NCBI GenBank assembly: GCA_902761225.1
Contig: CACWJQ010000014.1
Coordinates: 12,698 to 76,697 of the forward strand
Direction of reading: 5' to 3'
DNA from: an uncultured Lachnospiraceae bacterium
GTDB taxonomy: Bacteria; Bacillota; Clostridia; Lachnospirales; Lachnospiraceae
DNA length: 64,000 nt
The position numbers were made by a program, and so were the translations under genes. The notes beneath the pieces are model-generated. The model was not told where the DNA came from. It was given only the letters and a program-made list of their open reading frames with translations, and made no database searches. Positions 62,878 through 64,000 of the stretch are shown here, one piece after another (the first letter of the stretch is position 1; each line of letters begins with the position of its first letter).

Positions 62878-63555
62878 TTATTTTTTTCTCACACTATCAA
62901 TCTTCCCATCTCTGATCCGCACAATCCTGTCTGCCTTAGCCGCGATTTCTTCGTTGTGCGTGATCATCACAAGGGTCTGCCCATATCTACGGCAAGTCTC
63001 AAGGAAAAGCGATAGTACCTTTTCACTTATCTCAGAATCCAGATTACCCGTAGGTTCATCAGCAAGTATAATGGTCGGTTTATTTGCAAGAGCTCTTGCA
63101 ATCGCAACTCTCTGCATCTGCCCACCTGAGATTTGTGAAGGAAGTCTCTTCTTAAGATCGGCTATCTCAAGTCCCTTTTCGATTTCCTCAAGATATTCCT
63201 TATCTATCTCGCCTTCATCAATAAGTACCGGCATCTCGATATTCTCCTGTACGGTAAGTGCCGGAAGCAGATTGAATGACTGAAATACAAAGCCAACCGT
63301 TTTACGCCTGTATTTTGCCAGTTCCTGATCTGAATATTCAGATATATCAGCACCATCGATGATCACAGATCCCTTAGTCGGACTGTCCAGGCCTCCAAGT
63401 ATATGGAGCAAAGTACTCTTTCCGGATCCGCTGGGGCCTAGGATTGCCAGGAATTCGCCCTTCTCGATCACTGCCGAGAGACCGTTTAACGCAAAAACCT
63501 CATTCTGTCCCTGCTTGTAGATCTTGTATAAAGATTTCAATTCAACATAACTCAT
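62878..63555 (-). CDS. ABC transporter ATP-binding protein (LolD/MacB type)
   Basis: GPSGSGKST, GFVFQSFNL, SGGQMQRVAIARAL and ADEPTGNLD motifs. Confidence 0.93.
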   Translation of the reverse strand: MSYVELKSLYKIYKQGQNEVFALNGLSAVIEKGEFLAILGPSGSGKSTLLHILGGLDSPTKGSVIIDGADISEYSDQELAKYRRKTVGFVFQSFNLLPALTVQENIEMPVLIDEGEIDKEYLEEIEKGLEIADLKKRLPSQISGGQMQRVAIARALANKPTIILADEPTGNLDSEISEKVLSLFLETCRRYGQTLVMITHNEEIAAKADRIVRIRDGKIDSVRKK

Positions 63556-63561
63556 ACCCCA

Positions 63562-64000
63562 TCACTCCTGTCTTGTCAGCATTACGATATTTTTAGAAAA
63601 TTCGTGATTGCCTTTCAGATAACAGATCAGATAATTGACTGCATAGATTGCTGCCCCAGTGGCAACTGCCACAAGTGTCACATTCAATTTATTAACCTTA
63701 CCGGCAATATCCATCAACCGGCAGGTAAGCGGCACGCTTAGTATAACTCCGGCAAGCACTGCCACCCCTGTAACAGCAACAACCTCGATAACGATCAGTT
63801 TAACTATGTTCTTCCTATCCATCCCCATGGCTCTCATGATCCCGTATTCACGAAGACGCATGCTTATATTGATACTTACATTACACAGGATATTAACGAC
63901 CGCCATAAATCCGACACAGACTGCAACATATATAAATGAATAAGTTACTCCCTTAGCCTGTAATAATATCTCCGACTTCTTATCCTTAAGATCAGAATAA
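63562..64000 (-). CDS. FtsX-like ABC permease, C-terminal part; starts beyond the window
   Basis: Frame is open to the window edge: YSDLKD...NILCNVSINISMRLREYGIMRAMGMDRKNIVKLI (FtsX motif). Confidence 0.88.
   Translation of the reverse strand, partial: YSDLKDKKSEILLQAKGVTYSFIYVAVCVGFMAVVNILCNVSINISMRLREYGIMRAMGMDRKNIVKLIVIEVVAVTGVAVLAGVILSVPLTCRLMDIAGKVNKLNVTLVAVATGAAIYAVNYLICYLKGNHEFSKNIVMLTRQE

Larger units (their letters stand above)
55767..64000. mobile_element. Integrative mobilizable element inserted at tRNA-Thr; continues beyond the window
   Basis: att fragment, tyrosine integrase, XRE/Xis switch, AAA_25 ATPase, MOB_V-like relaxase, AT-richer composition; no T4SS genes seen. Confidence 0.85.

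Overview
Chromosomal window of a Firmicute, most likely Lachnospiraceae (inferred from gene repertoire and protein style). Positions 1 to ~55.75 kb are mostly minus-strand housekeeping DNA: envelope-modification genes, tRNA-Gly, lysC-hom, glyA, map, nrdG, the rimP-nusA-ylxR-ylxQ-infB-rbfA-nrnA-truB-ribF and rpsO-pnp clusters, an opp transporter with an M3 peptidase, CIRCE-controlled groES-groEL, PBP1A, and a GDP-sugar/GT-C glycosylation cluster. From ~55.77 kb to the window end lies a visibly more AT-rich integrative mobilizable element bounded by the 3' half of a tRNA-Thr(GGT) gene. It carries an integrase, XRE repressor, excisionase, AAA_25 ATPase, MOB_V-like relaxase and ABC transporter cargo. 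The most notable observations are (1) a ~187-nt promoter- and terminator-bounded, pseudoknot-capable candidate ncRNA directly upstream of a PBECR4-like nuclease gene (type III toxin-antitoxin-like layout without tandem repeats); (2) a 42-codon in-frame piece resembling a Bacteroidota SusC C-terminus inside the integrase; (3) a ylxQ gene with no canonical start codon upstream of infB; and (4) a membrane-anchored GH3 protein that lacks all its catalytic residues. Family assignments come from motif recognition by eye; no database searches were run.
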